A stretch of 64,000 nucleotides of DNA, from IMG/VR virus record IMGVR_UViG_3300022751_000016, positions 78,451-142,450 of that record; one strand, written 5' to 3'. The notes under the pieces were generated by a model. It was given only the letters and a program-made list of their open reading frames with translations, did not search any database and was not told the origin of the DNA. Positions 19,587-28,329 of this stretch are shown here, piece after piece (position 1 is the stretch's first letter; every line of letters starts with the position of its first letter). The DNA comes from a virus. A program made the translations under genes and the position numbers.

Positions 19587-19802
19587 ATGACAACTAACAT
19601 CACATATTTAGACACACCTCTAGTAGTAGACTATTATTTAGAGGGAACTTATAGAGCAGCAACTTATTTAAATCCAGAGGAAGTGCCAGAAATTATCATC
19701 CGTACAATTTGTGCTGAAGATAGTAGTGTGGATTTGCAGAATATTTTAGATTGGTTGGATATAGAGAGAATAATAGAAATGATTGAAGAGAAAGAGTTAT
19801 GA
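19587..19802 (+). CDS. hypothetical protein
   Basis: 71-aa acidic ORF. Confidence 0.65.
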   Translation: MTTNITYLDTPLVVDYYLEGTYRAATYLNPEEVPEIIIRTICAEDSSVDLQNILDWLDIERIIEMIEEKEL

Positions 19803-19946
19803 CAACAGAATTAGAGAAATTAGAGATAATGAGAGACGTATTAGTTATTTTTTCTACGATACTTATTACAGCTTGCCTTATAATGGGAATTTCCTTAATA
19901 TTTATAACACATAAAATAAGTAACACGTATAAAGAAAATCTAACAC

Positions 19947-20333
19947 ATGAAAAAATTAATCTATAATTCAGTGAAATGTTTATCTTGTGGAGAAACTTTA
20001 GTTAGTTATCACGTACATGATTATAAAGTTTGTGGCTGTGAGAATGAAGCTATGGTAGATGGTGGGAACAGTTACGGTAGATATGGAGGTAAGAATTTAG
20101 ATTTAGTAGAAACTAATTACTTATATGATGACGCTCCTTTTGAAGTTATAAGAGAACATATCTTTAGGGGAAGTCGGGGCAAAGATGGTAAACAACCGTT
20201 AAAATATATTAAACTTAGTGAAATTGATGAGGATTATTTACAAGCTCTTATTGAGTATGAAGAACTTTATCGTCCTAGGAACCCACAATTAACTTATTAC
20301 AGGCAAGAACAGAAATATAGAATTAAATTATGA
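19947..20333 (+). CDS. Zn-binding phage protein
   Basis: KCLSCGETLVSYHVHDYKVCGC..VDGG..YGR. Confidence 0.75.
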   Translation: MKKLIYNSVKCLSCGETLVSYHVHDYKVCGCENEAMVDGGNSYGRYGGKNLDLVETNYLYDDAPFEVIREHIFRGSRGKDGKQPLKYIKLSEIDEDYLQALIEYEELYRPRNPQLTYYRQEQKYRIKL

Positions 20334-20548
20334 CAGCTATTATAACTCCTAAATTTAGTGTGTTCTACGATATAAGTAAAGAAGATAAATTTTTTGCCAA
20401 TAGTAAGTGGGTATTTGATTTTCCTAAAAGTTGTTTTGGTCGAAATTTTGATTCTTATTTATTAGCTTTTGGCGCGGAAAATATTAGAGATATAAATGAT
20501 ATAATAGACTATTTAGAAATGCATAATGTAAAAAGAATTTATGAATAA
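20330..20548 (+). CDS. hypothetical protein
   Basis: 72 aa, ATGA overlap. Confidence 0.6.
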   Translation: MTAIITPKFSVFYDISKEDKFFANSKWVFDFPKSCFGRNFDSYLLAFGAENIRDINDIIDYLEMHNVKRIYE

Positions 20549-20882
20549 ATACTGTGAAGATTGTAAAAATAAGGCAGTAATGCATGCATTTTCATCAGGT
20601 TGGTGTGAGATATGTAGTGTTGAAGTTACTACTGGACACATTCCTGTGGATAAGATTTGTTTAAACTGTGCCACAAGAGAAGATAAGTGTGAAAGTTGCG
20701 GAAAAGAAATGAAAACAGAAAAAGAAAGTTTAGATATTCCCGACATAAGAAATAAACTAACTCCTATAACTAATATGATTGAATTATTTGAGAGAGGTGA
20801 GTACACTTATATTAAAAATAAAGGTTTAGATGAAGTTAAAAAGAGTATTAATTATTTAGCGCAAAGAGATGTCTATAAATAA
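20541..20882 (+). CDS. multi-CxxC zinc-finger protein
   Basis: Four CxxC pairs. Confidence 0.7.
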   Translation: MNKYCEDCKNKAVMHAFSSGWCEICSVEVTTGHIPVDKICLNCATREDKCESCGKEMKTEKESLDIPDIRNKLTPITNMIELFERGEYTYIKNKGLDEVKKSINYLAQRDVYK

Positions 20883-21795
20883 TTATATGGATTTACAATT
20901 TCAGTGGTATTCTAACGGGATAAAGACAATTCGTTCATCTGGAATGATATCTCTTAGACAACTGATTAATGCAATTATATCGCCTAAACCTGAAATGATT
21001 GAGGCTTTTGGATTAATTAAAGAAGCTGGTTTGTCAGGTAATAAAGAGGAAAAAGACCGCCTGAAATCAGAAAAACTGTTCTTTACCACTCCTTCTGCAA
21101 TATTTGACCCTATAAGAAATTATGACTCAGTGAAGGAGTTTCTTCCAATAGGCGTGTATGAATATGACGATATAGAGTATTGCGAAGAGCTTAGAGATTA
21201 TATATTTGAAAAGAGAAAAGACTGTATTTTTGCTTTTTGTTCGCCGTCTTTCACTGGATGTAAATTCATTTTTTTATTTGGAGAAACTCCAACTAGTATA
21301 GCACATTATAAATCTTTATGGTTTGGAATAGCTCACGATTTAGATAAGTTTATCAATTTAGATTTAAGTAATGAACGGTGTACTCAACCTTTGTACAACA
21401 GCTACGACCCTAATGCAAAATTCAGAGCAGACGCTGTACCTGCCGAAATTAGAAGAGGCTATAAAGAAAACTCTTTTGTCCCTTTTGTTGGTGAAATTGA
21501 AATTCCAGAAGAAGTAAGTGAAGAAGATAAAGAACAATGTTTTAAACTAATTTCTCATCTTATAGACAGGGTAGTAGACCAAGGGCACAATCAGGTAATT
21601 AGTAGTTCATTTCTGTCTGCTGGGCTATGTGCATTCTACGGAATAGAAGTGGATGATATGTGGAATTTACTTGAAGAAAGGATTAGAGAAAATAGTTATC
21701 TAGCAAAAGGAACTGATGGGTATTTAACTAGTGCTAAGACAATGTTTAATAAGGGATTAAATTTTCCAAAAGAACTAAATAAAGATGGAAAGTAA
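20869..21795 (+). CDS. VirE N-terminal/BT4734-like putative primase (PrimPol-type)
   Basis: KDRLK..LFFTTPS..F..R..EYDD..FAFCSPSFTGCKFI..D.S..R..SYDP, followed by a helical PriCT-like region. Confidence 0.7.
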   Translation: MSINNYMDLQFQWYSNGIKTIRSSGMISLRQLINAIISPKPEMIEAFGLIKEAGLSGNKEEKDRLKSEKLFFTTPSAIFDPIRNYDSVKEFLPIGVYEYDDIEYCEELRDYIFEKRKDCIFAFCSPSFTGCKFIFLFGETPTSIAHYKSLWFGIAHDLDKFINLDLSNERCTQPLYNSYDPNAKFRADAVPAEIRRGYKENSFVPFVGEIEIPEEVSEEDKEQCFKLISHLIDRVVDQGHNQVISSSFLSAGLCAFYGIEVDDMWNLLEERIRENSYLAKGTDGYLTSAKTMFNKGLNFPKELNKDGK

Positions 21796-21886
21796 AGAAC
21801 AAAAATTAGTTAGCTTGTTACAACCTAAAGACTATAAGAGCAAAATAAAATTATATTGCTTAGATAGTAAATTTAATGTGCAAAAG

Positions 21887-21918
21887 TTTGGCAGTTTAAT
21901 TATAAAACCTTATATTTG
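21887..21918 (+). promoter_or_regulatory. Bacteroidota sigma70 promoter
   Basis: TTTG-N20-TATATTTG. Confidence 0.85.
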
Positions 21919-21945
21919 TCAGGTAGAAATTAAAGAGAAACAATT

Positions 21946-22152
21946 ATGACAAATTACGATATTACAATAGGGTATAAAGCAGTTATAACTGTAAATATCA
22001 ATGCAAATTCAGAACAGGAAGCTAAAGAAAAAGCAATTAATGAATTCGTTAAAAATAGAAATAAAATGATTAGTGGTAAGTTAGTATTACAAGATGATAC
22101 TTATCAAGTTAGTGGTGTTCTCAATATGGACGAAACATGGAAAATGTTATGA
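21946..22152 (+). CDS. small protein with AxSxxEA motif
   Basis: VNINANSEQEAKEKA. Confidence 0.7.
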   Translation: MTNYDITIGYKAVITVNINANSEQEAKEKAINEFVKNRNKMISGKLVLQDDTYQVSGVLNMDETWKML

Positions 22153-22322
22153 AATACAGTTTATTTGCAATAGAAAAGAAGTTTGAAACAGCTTATAGTG
22201 TTATTGGAACATACCTTACTGAGAGTTGCTTTGAATACTTAGGCACGTTTGATACTTTAGAAGACGCACAAAAAGACCAAAAGGAATATGATATTGAAAC
22301 ATTAATTTTACCGAGTTATTAA
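22137..22322 (+). CDS. hypothetical protein
   Basis: 61 aa, YLGTFDTLEDA. Confidence 0.6.
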   Translation: MENVMKYSLFAIEKKFETAYSVIGTYLTESCFEYLGTFDTLEDAQKDQKEYDIETLILPSY

Positions 22323-22324
22323 TT

Positions 22325-22591
22325 ATGAGAGTATACGAAATAAAAGAAAGTGGAGAAACAACTCACGTAGCTTTTGATGGCACTAAGAAGGAGTGTAAAG
22401 ATTGGTATGTAAGTGAAACAGATTGTGATGTAAATGAAATTGATTCTATTACTGTTTTGCCGCGAAAAAAGTGGAAAGAAATAACTGTTAAATTTGAAGA
22501 GTGGGGAATAGAACCTTTCACTACAACAATAGAAGAACTGATGGTAGGATGTAAGAATAATGAAATAATTTGTAGCACTTTATTTTTATGA
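22325..22591 (+). CDS. hypothetical protein
   Basis: 88-aa ORF in the array. Confidence 0.7.
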   Translation: MRVYEIKESGETTHVAFDGTKKECKDWYVSETDCDVNEIDSITVLPRKKWKEITVKFEEWGIEPFTTTIEELMVGCKNNEIICSTLFL

Positions 22592-23199
22592 AAGACAAAT
22601 ATTCAAAACTGTATTGGTTTGTCAAAGATTTAGAATGGATGCGAGTTTATTTCTCTCCTTTTAAATTCTTTTTGCCAAAATTATATGTGGGTAAAACTAA
22701 GATAGGCGTGCCCTATTTCCTACCTCGTAAATTTATAAAAGCCACTCCTGAATTAGCGCATAAAGCCGCTTTAGAGTTTATAAAAGAAACAGAGTCTTTT
22801 AATGAAAGAAATCCTGATTACAAACGTAGAGTTAGAGACTATCAAGACGTTTACCAAGAAAAATTAAAATGCTCTTATCCAATACCTCTAAAAATAGGAT
22901 TTAGTTCTTGTAGTCTCGGCTGGAAGACTAAGTATGACTCGTACAGGCACGAATGGAATCCTGTGTGGAGTTTTGTTTGTTTCGGTTATCAAATAGCTTT
23001 GATATTCCGTCCTGAACATGATATGCACTATTGGGAATGTTGGCTTGCGTATAATCTAGAAACAGATAAATCAAAATCGGCGAAAGAAAGAATAGAAGAA
23101 GCAAAAGAGAAATTTCCTTGTCGTTGGAGTTATTATTCAGGAGATGAAAAGATTACTACGAATTATTGGGATTTAATATTAAAATCAAGCTATAATTAA
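22588..23199 (+). CDS. hypothetical protein
   Basis: 203 aa, aromatic-rich, GWKTKYD..R.EW.P. Confidence 0.75.
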   Translation: MKDKYSKLYWFVKDLEWMRVYFSPFKFFLPKLYVGKTKIGVPYFLPRKFIKATPELAHKAALEFIKETESFNERNPDYKRRVRDYQDVYQEKLKCSYPIPLKIGFSSCSLGWKTKYDSYRHEWNPVWSFVCFGYQIALIFRPEHDMHYWECWLAYNLETDKSKSAKERIEEAKEKFPCRWSYYSGDEKITTNYWDLILKSSYN

Positions 23200-23494
23200 A
23201 TGGACGATAAAGCAATAAAATGGTGGTACACACTGCCAATAAAAGAAAGGATTAAATTAGCTGATGAAGAGCATTGGACAACTTTAAAACTAATAACAGA
23301 GCATCAAATAAAAATGATTTATTTAGATAAATTTTACGGCTACTAATGAAAAAACCAGAAAGATTAATTGAAAAAACAGGTTCTAGTGAAAGTTATTCAG
23401 TAGAAAATCCTGATTTTTATGATGAAGATGGGAACTTTAGAAAATATAGAAATCCTATGAGTCATTTAAAACCTAAAAAGAAAAAACGTAAGAA

Positions 23495-23797
23495 ATGAAA
23501 CAAAAATTAGCACAAAAAATGTTAGATGAGAAGTTGGACTTCTTACCTCTAAAAGAAAGTATAGAATTATATGATTCTGGAGTTAAATTAGAAACTAGAT
23601 TTAGTTGGGTTGTACGCACAGAAGAATTAGAAAATAACGGCTATGATATGACTACAGAAGAGTTGTTAGAGTCTATTGAGGAGCTTTACGGCTTAGATAA
23701 TGATTACGCTTTAACTATAGGAGACCGTTATGATGAATTTGACGAGTTTACTTTAGAACTTTGTCCTGCACCTACGTATATTGACTTAATTAAATAA
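23495..23797 (+). CDS. acidic hypothetical protein
   Basis: 100 aa ending in CPAPT. Confidence 0.7.
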   Translation: MKQKLAQKMLDEKLDFLPLKESIELYDSGVKLETRFSWVVRTEELENNGYDMTTEELLESIEELYGLDNDYALTIGDRYDEFDEFTLELCPAPTYIDLIK

Positions 23798-23803
23798 AAA
23801 TAG

Positions 23804-25084
23804 ATGGAAATAAACAAAACAAGGTTATTAGAAATTTACGCTCACGAAGAAACTATTACTGCTGCGGCTAAAAAATTAGCAGAAGAAACAAATCAGGAGT
23901 TTAATGATTCTTTTCGAAGACGATGTAGTACTTTGATAAACAGAGAGAACGTTGATAGTGATTTGGAGAATGAGGTTAAATCTGATAGCAACAACTATTC
24001 TAACGATAAAGAAAAATCCCCTAAAGGGTTTACAGCTATTGGTGATGATAATAAGTTAATGAATATCGAACAGTACTGCCAACACTATGGTTTAGATGTA
24101 AATAAGATTAGGAGTTATAAATTAATTTCTCACAGTGGTATTCCCTTCTATAATGTGGTTTTCTATACCGCAGAAGAGGAGGCTGTCTCTAATATAAATG
24201 AGCATTTAGATGAAATTATCTCTAAATACATACAACCTGTTAAGTCAGAAATTACACAATATAGTTTCCATGCTTCGGATTGGTTTGACCGTTTAGTATT
24301 TTCTGATGTCCATATTGCTATGGATGTTAATGGTGGAGGCGACCCCCTTTATGACGGAAAATGGGACAAAGCGGAATTATTCAGAAGATTGGAAATAATG
24401 ATTCAACATACTAAAAATCATCAAAAATCAAACTTATTAGTCATAAGTAATCTGGGGGATTATATGGATGGATTAGGTGGTGAGACAACTAGAAAAGGAC
24501 ATGAGTTACCTCAAAATATGAATGATAAAGAAGCTTTTGACTTAGGTATAGAATTTAGTTTAAAACTAGTTGATTCTCTAGTTGACGATTATGAAGAAAT
24601 AAGATATAATTTTTTAGTAGAGGATAATCATTCGGGAATATTCAGTTATTTTGTGAGTCAAGCTATAAAAGGTATTTTAGAAGTAAGATATCCACAAAAA
24701 GTGTCTGTAAAAACCCAAAAGAAATTTATAGACCATTTCAAAATTGGTAAGCACACTATAGTAGAAACTCACGGTAAAGATTCAATAGCTTTAAAATTTG
24801 GCTTTCGCCCACATTTAGATGATAAACAAGCTAAAAAAATAGACCACTACTTAAAAGAGAACGGCTTATATGATGGTAATTTTATAGAGTTTTCTAAGGG
24901 AGATTCACATTTGGCTCTTTTTGATGAGAGTACCAGTACAGATTTTCACTATTATAATTATCCTGCTTTTTCACCTCCTTCAAATTGGGTAAAATCTAAT
25001 TTCTCCAACACAAAATCAGGATTTAGATTTTTCAATATTAAAAAAGATGAAAATATAAAAAATCATTTTCCTTATTGGTTTTAA
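23804..25084 (+). CDS. calcineurin-like metallophosphoesterase with N-terminal extension
   Basis: SDVH, NLGDYMDG, DNH, THG and GDSH metal-binding motifs. Confidence 0.8.
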   Translation: MEINKTRLLEIYAHEETITAAAKKLAEETNQEFNDSFRRRCSTLINRENVDSDLENEVKSDSNNYSNDKEKSPKGFTAIGDDNKLMNIEQYCQHYGLDVNKIRSYKLISHSGIPFYNVVFYTAEEEAVSNINEHLDEIISKYIQPVKSEITQYSFHASDWFDRLVFSDVHIAMDVNGGGDPLYDGKWDKAELFRRLEIMIQHTKNHQKSNLLVISNLGDYMDGLGGETTRKGHELPQNMNDKEAFDLGIEFSLKLVDSLVDDYEEIRYNFLVEDNHSGIFSYFVSQAIKGILEVRYPQKVSVKTQKKFIDHFKIGKHTIVETHGKDSIALKFGFRPHLDDKQAKKIDHYLKENGLYDGNFIEFSKGDSHLALFDESTSTDFHYYNYPAFSPPSNWVKSNFSNTKSGFRFFNIKKDENIKNHFPYWF

Positions 25085-25109
25085 TTACACAAAAAGTAAT
25101 CAATTTTGT

Positions 25110-25135
25110 AGTGTGAAGATAGTGTTGTATATTGC
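25110..25135 (+). promoter_or_regulatory. variant promoter upstream of structured leader
   Basis: AGTGTGAAGATAGTGTTGTATATTGC, with TTTG at 25105-08; closely similar to 16336-16361. Confidence 0.55.
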
Positions 25136-25140
25136 ACTTG

Positions 25141-25244
25141 TTAATTTCTTGCTGCGAACACTAAATTAATTTATAAAGTATTATTTTTTTTGAGAAGCTT
25201 CTTTCATTAACTATTCGCAGTAGTTTTTGTTAGAAGTTTTCTTA
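25141..25244 (+). ncRNA. putative cis-regulatory kissing-loop RNA leader (copy 2)
   Basis: Hairpin 1 loop CTGCGAA (25152-58) is the exact reverse complement of hairpin 2 loop TTCGCAG (25214-20). Confidence 0.65.
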
Positions 25245-25257
25245 TTTTTAAATAGTT

Positions 25258-25383
25258 ATGTGTCAAACAAAAGTATGTACAAAATGTGGGATAGATAAAT
25301 CCACCTCAGAATTCAGTTACCATAATACAGCTAAGGATAACTTATATAAAAAATGTATCTACTTTATAAACAATGAGGACTGA
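25258..25383 (+). pseudogene. truncated zinc-finger N-terminus of an HNH/EndoVII-type homing endonuclease
   Basis: MCQTKVCTKCGIDKSTSEFSYHNTAKDNLYKKC, then the expected second CxxC is lost and a stop follows at 41 aa. Confidence 0.55.
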
Positions 25384-25419
25384 AAAAGCATTAGAAATAT
25401 ACCTAAACAAAGAATAATT

Positions 25420-25563
25420 ATGAATCAAATTACAATAAACGGACAACTTTACATAGTTCCAGAAGAAGTAGCAGAACACATAGAAGATTTAAGAAGTAGA
25501 TTGGATACAGTTAAAGAAGGTACAGATAATATTATAAAAATATTGGAGAAATATACAAAATAA
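25420..25563 (+). CDS. 47-aa hypothetical protein (not in ORF track)
   Basis: MNQITINGQLYIVPEEVAEHIEDL...; fills the gap. Confidence 0.55.
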   Translation: MNQITINGQLYIVPEEVAEHIEDLRSRLDTVKEGTDNIIKILEKYTK

Positions 25564-25573
25564 AGCGAAGTAC

Positions 25574-25846
25574 ATGAAAATACAAGAAATTCTAATAGAA
25601 GGTGTACACGAATACACGTTAATAACAGAAGGCGAAACAGTTAAACTTTATTATTCAACAGCAGAGCATTGGAGTGAACCTAACACTGAAGTTATGTCAT
25701 TGGAGGACACTGGAGACTATTATAAAATATCGCCGCTAAGAAAGAAAAATCAAATCGATTATCAAGAAGCTGAAATGCTTTATATTTTATTAGCTGTTCT
25801 AAAAGAAGTTAAGATTGAGGTGGTGGAGACTAAAAAAGAAATATAA
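25574..25846 (+). CDS. hypothetical protein
   Basis: 90-aa ORF. Confidence 0.7.
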   Translation: MKIQEILIEGVHEYTLITEGETVKLYYSTAEHWSEPNTEVMSLEDTGDYYKISPLRKKNQIDYQEAEMLYILLAVLKEVKIEVVETKKEI

Positions 25847-26199
25847 TGATTGAATTAATAGATGGAATTAATTTCCACAATTTCATGTTAGATAGTAAAC
25901 CTAAATCTTGGTTTAAGAAAGGCAGAGAAGAAACTGTTGATAACTGGATTAAAAGAGTAGCTTACCAAGGTAAGTCTAATTTTCTTAGTGAGAGTAAATG
26001 GAGACAGAGTAATAAATATTGGATTAATAGTAGTGTTGAAATATCTCTTTCTGTTTTAACTTTTCTCGGCGAAAATAATATGGAAAAAGAAACTCTGGAA
26101 GATTTAGTAGGTTTTGAACTTAATCTAAAAGGGTCTTATGATTGGAAGCTAAGTGAGATTAGGAGATTAGAGTTGATATTAAATAAGAAGTTGTTATAG
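25846..26199 (+). CDS. hypothetical protein (possible C-terminal HTH)
   Basis: LKGSYDWKLSEIRRLELIL resembles an Xre-HTH tail. Confidence 0.65.
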   Translation: MIELIDGINFHNFMLDSKPKSWFKKGREETVDNWIKRVAYQGKSNFLSESKWRQSNKYWINSSVEISLSVLTFLGENNMEKETLEDLVGFELNLKGSYDWKLSEIRRLELILNKKLL

Positions 26200-26203
26200 A
26201 AAG

Positions 26204-26234
26204 AAAGCTAGAGGAAATTAATCTTCTAGCTTTT
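26204..26234. terminator. bidirectional terminator between the convergent gene blocks
   Basis: AAAGCTAGAGG..CTTCTAGCTTT inverted repeat at the strand switch. Confidence 0.8.
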
Positions 26235-26240
26235 GTTGTT

Positions 26241-26564
26241 TTATTCAGGTATTTCCATCCATCTCGTTACTATTTCATGTGTTTTTCTTCCTCCCCTACA
26301 ATACCATTTTTCATTAAGGTACACTCCTAATTTACGTTCATACCATTCAAGATTATCTATGTCCTCTAAATAACAAAGGACTGTCATATCCTCTTCAGGG
26401 AGCTTATCTTTTGTATTATACCATCTAGGTTCAGCTGCTTTATATCCCGCTAAAAAATCACTCTTACTCTGTAATATATCTATAGCATATATTTCATCAT
26501 CTATAACATCTCCATATAAATATTCTAAATATTCCTGAAATGCTTTCTCTTTATTTAAACTCAT
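26241..26564 (-). CDS. DUF551-like protein
   Basis: WYNTKDKLPE..VTRWMEIPE. Confidence 0.7.
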   Translation of the reverse strand: MSLNKEKAFQEYLEYLYGDVIDDEIYAIDILQSKSDFLAGYKAAEPRWYNTKDKLPEEDMTVLCYLEDIDNLEWYERKLGVYLNEKWYCRGGRKTHEIVTRWMEIPE

Positions 26565-26805
26565 CTAACATCGTTTTTAATTTGTTTTCTACTTCTTGCC
26601 AAAAATGTATATTACCATTTGAATCTACATCCCACTTTAAATCGTTTATCAGAAAGTTTAGCATTTCCTCCACAACTATTAAAGAATTCTCTATTGCTTG
26701 TTCTAGCATCCAATCATCTGAATTAGGTTCGTCATTGTAACAATCCCAATAATCCGTTTTATATGGTTTGTTTAGTAGCTCTTTTACTTTTTTATCTACG
26801 TTCAT
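26551..26805 (-). CDS. hypothetical protein
   Basis: 84 aa, LIVVEEML..FWQEVE. Confidence 0.7.
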   Translation of the reverse strand: MNVDKKVKELLNKPYKTDYWDCYNDEPNSDDWMLEQAIENSLIVVEEMLNFLINDLKWDVDSNGNIHFWQEVENKLKTMLDEFK

Positions 26806-27179
26806 TACTTACTATAATTAAATTCAATATCTTTATTATACATTGCTTCAAATATTTTATCCGCAGTTTCTTCTCTAAGGCACACATTCATAGCATCATC
26901 GAACTGTTGGCTAATTTTAGTAATCTTACCTTTTGAATCTGTTACTCTTAATGTAATGTTAGGTCTTGGGCTTATTAAAGTTGCGGGTTTACCTCTTTCA
27001 TTTAATCCAAAGATTATCTGTTTTGTTTCATCTCCGTCTTTCATGTACCTTACATCTAATCCACCCTCAACCATAGTGCTATAATCATTTATATTATTTG
27101 GAACATATTTTCCATCTACATATCTGTATGACTTATATCCTAAATCTTCTACTAAGTACTTTGTTAAATGTTTATTCAT
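26805..27179 (-). CDS. hypothetical protein
   Basis: 124 aa, translationally coupled. Confidence 0.7.
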   Translation of the reverse strand: MNKHLTKYLVEDLGYKSYRYVDGKYVPNNINDYSTMVEGGLDVRYMKDGDETKQIIFGLNERGKPATLISPRPNITLRVTDSKGKITKISQQFDDAMNVCLREETADKIFEAMYNKDIEFNYSK

Positions 27180-27463
27180 TTCAATTTATTTTGTAATTCC
27201 TGTAATATGTAAATATAAGCTTTATAAGACGTTGTTTTTTCGTAATTAACTGTCTTAGCTAATTTAGGAGTTTCTTCATTAGAAAGCTCTGAACGATACT
27301 TATTTAAAGTGTCTAAGATTAATTTGTTTACTAGTTTTTCTTTCGCTGCGAAACCAGCCTTAAAAGCATCTTCAATATGCATCTCTTCTGTCCAAGTTAA
27401 GTCTTCATAGCTTTTATTTCTTATGTATTCTTCTGCTAGATTATTTATATCTGTCTTTTTCAT
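27176..27463 (-). CDS. hypothetical protein
   Basis: 95 aa, LAEEY..AFKAG. Confidence 0.7.
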   Translation of the reverse strand: MKKTDINNLAEEYIRNKSYEDLTWTEEMHIEDAFKAGFAAKEKLVNKLILDTLNKYRSELSNEETPKLAKTVNYEKTTSYKAYIYILQELQNKLK

Positions 27464-27752
27464 TCTTTATTTGGTTTTTCATCTCTTCTTGTAAAGCGTC
27501 ATTATACATCTTACAAGGACTGCACTTTTCATTACCACAATTATAAAAACTCATTATATCCACTGTACCAACTGTAACACATCCTCTAACACCTTTTATG
27601 ATTCGTGGTGAAGGTAAGTCTTTAAAAACAGACTCCACTATAGAATTCCAATTAAATACCCCTGCTTCATCTGACAACCATCCAATATGCTCTGCGTAAC
27701 CTTCTTCTAATTTACTTTTCTTTTTCATATAGTCTATTTCTATTAATGCCAT
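27441..27752 (-). CDS. hypothetical protein
   Basis: 103 aa, CGNEKCSPC. Confidence 0.65.
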   Translation of the reverse strand: MALIEIDYMKKKSKLEEGYAEHIGWLSDEAGVFNWNSIVESVFKDLPSPRIIKGVRGCVTVGTVDIMSFYNCGNEKCSPCKMYNDALQEEMKNQIKNEKDRYK

Positions 27753-27921
27753 CTCTATTGCTTTTTTGTTTTTTACGCCGAAATGTTTAAAGTGATTAAG
27801 ATTATGATAAGCAGGTACTTGTATAAATATCTCCCATCCATATTTATGGAGTAAATTTAGTACTTTATAAAATGGGATGCCTTTAAAATCTGCTTTTTAC
27901 ATCAGTTCCTTAATACCTTCG

Positions 27922-28329
27922 TTATTTTCTTTTGTCTTTTTCATTAATTCTTGGTTCTTCGCCTTCTAGGTGTGTTATAATGTAAGTTTTATCAGGTTGA
28001 ATATTTCCCAATCTATAATAGCCAACATCTTCTCTTTTTATTGACGCGGCATCTTTTTCACAAATTATGTAAAATTCAGGAAATACACTTTTATTCTCTT
28101 TGAAGAATTCTATACCTCTCTCATTATAACTGATTCTTAATCTTGATTTAGCTACTTTCTTATGATTTTTAATTACCTCAATTAATTCTTCTTTTATCGC
28201 ACCAGAATTATTCTTAACTAAGTTATAATATTCCCAAAACACATTAGCTGAACTAAATGATAAGTTTTGATACAGAGTAAAATATTTAAACTTCTGTTCT
28301 GTATATTGTTTTTCGTAAGTTATTTTCAT
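27922..28329 (-). CDS. hypothetical protein
   Basis: 135-aa ORF coupled to the SLOG gene. Confidence 0.65.
   Translation of the reverse strand: MKITYEKQYTEQKFKYFTLYQNLSFSSANVFWEYYNLVKNNSGAIKEELIEVIKNHKKVAKSRLRISYNERGIEFFKENKSVFPEFYIICEKDAASIKREDVGYYRLGNIQPDKTYIITHLEGEEPRINEKDKRK

Noticed and set aside
856-22578. Minus-strand ORFs in the + block (856-1044, 5228-5425, 5948-6157, 9015-9290, 10544-10744, 13338-13526, 19696-19926, 20513-20806, 20901-21089, 22363-22578)
   Set aside because: They are antisense shadows of tightly packed + strand genes, with S/L/F/I-rich composition and no recognisable motifs
17660-26564. Three DUF551-like small proteins as a dedicated system
   Set aside because: They are dispersed, divergent and common in phage accessory regions, with no shared context
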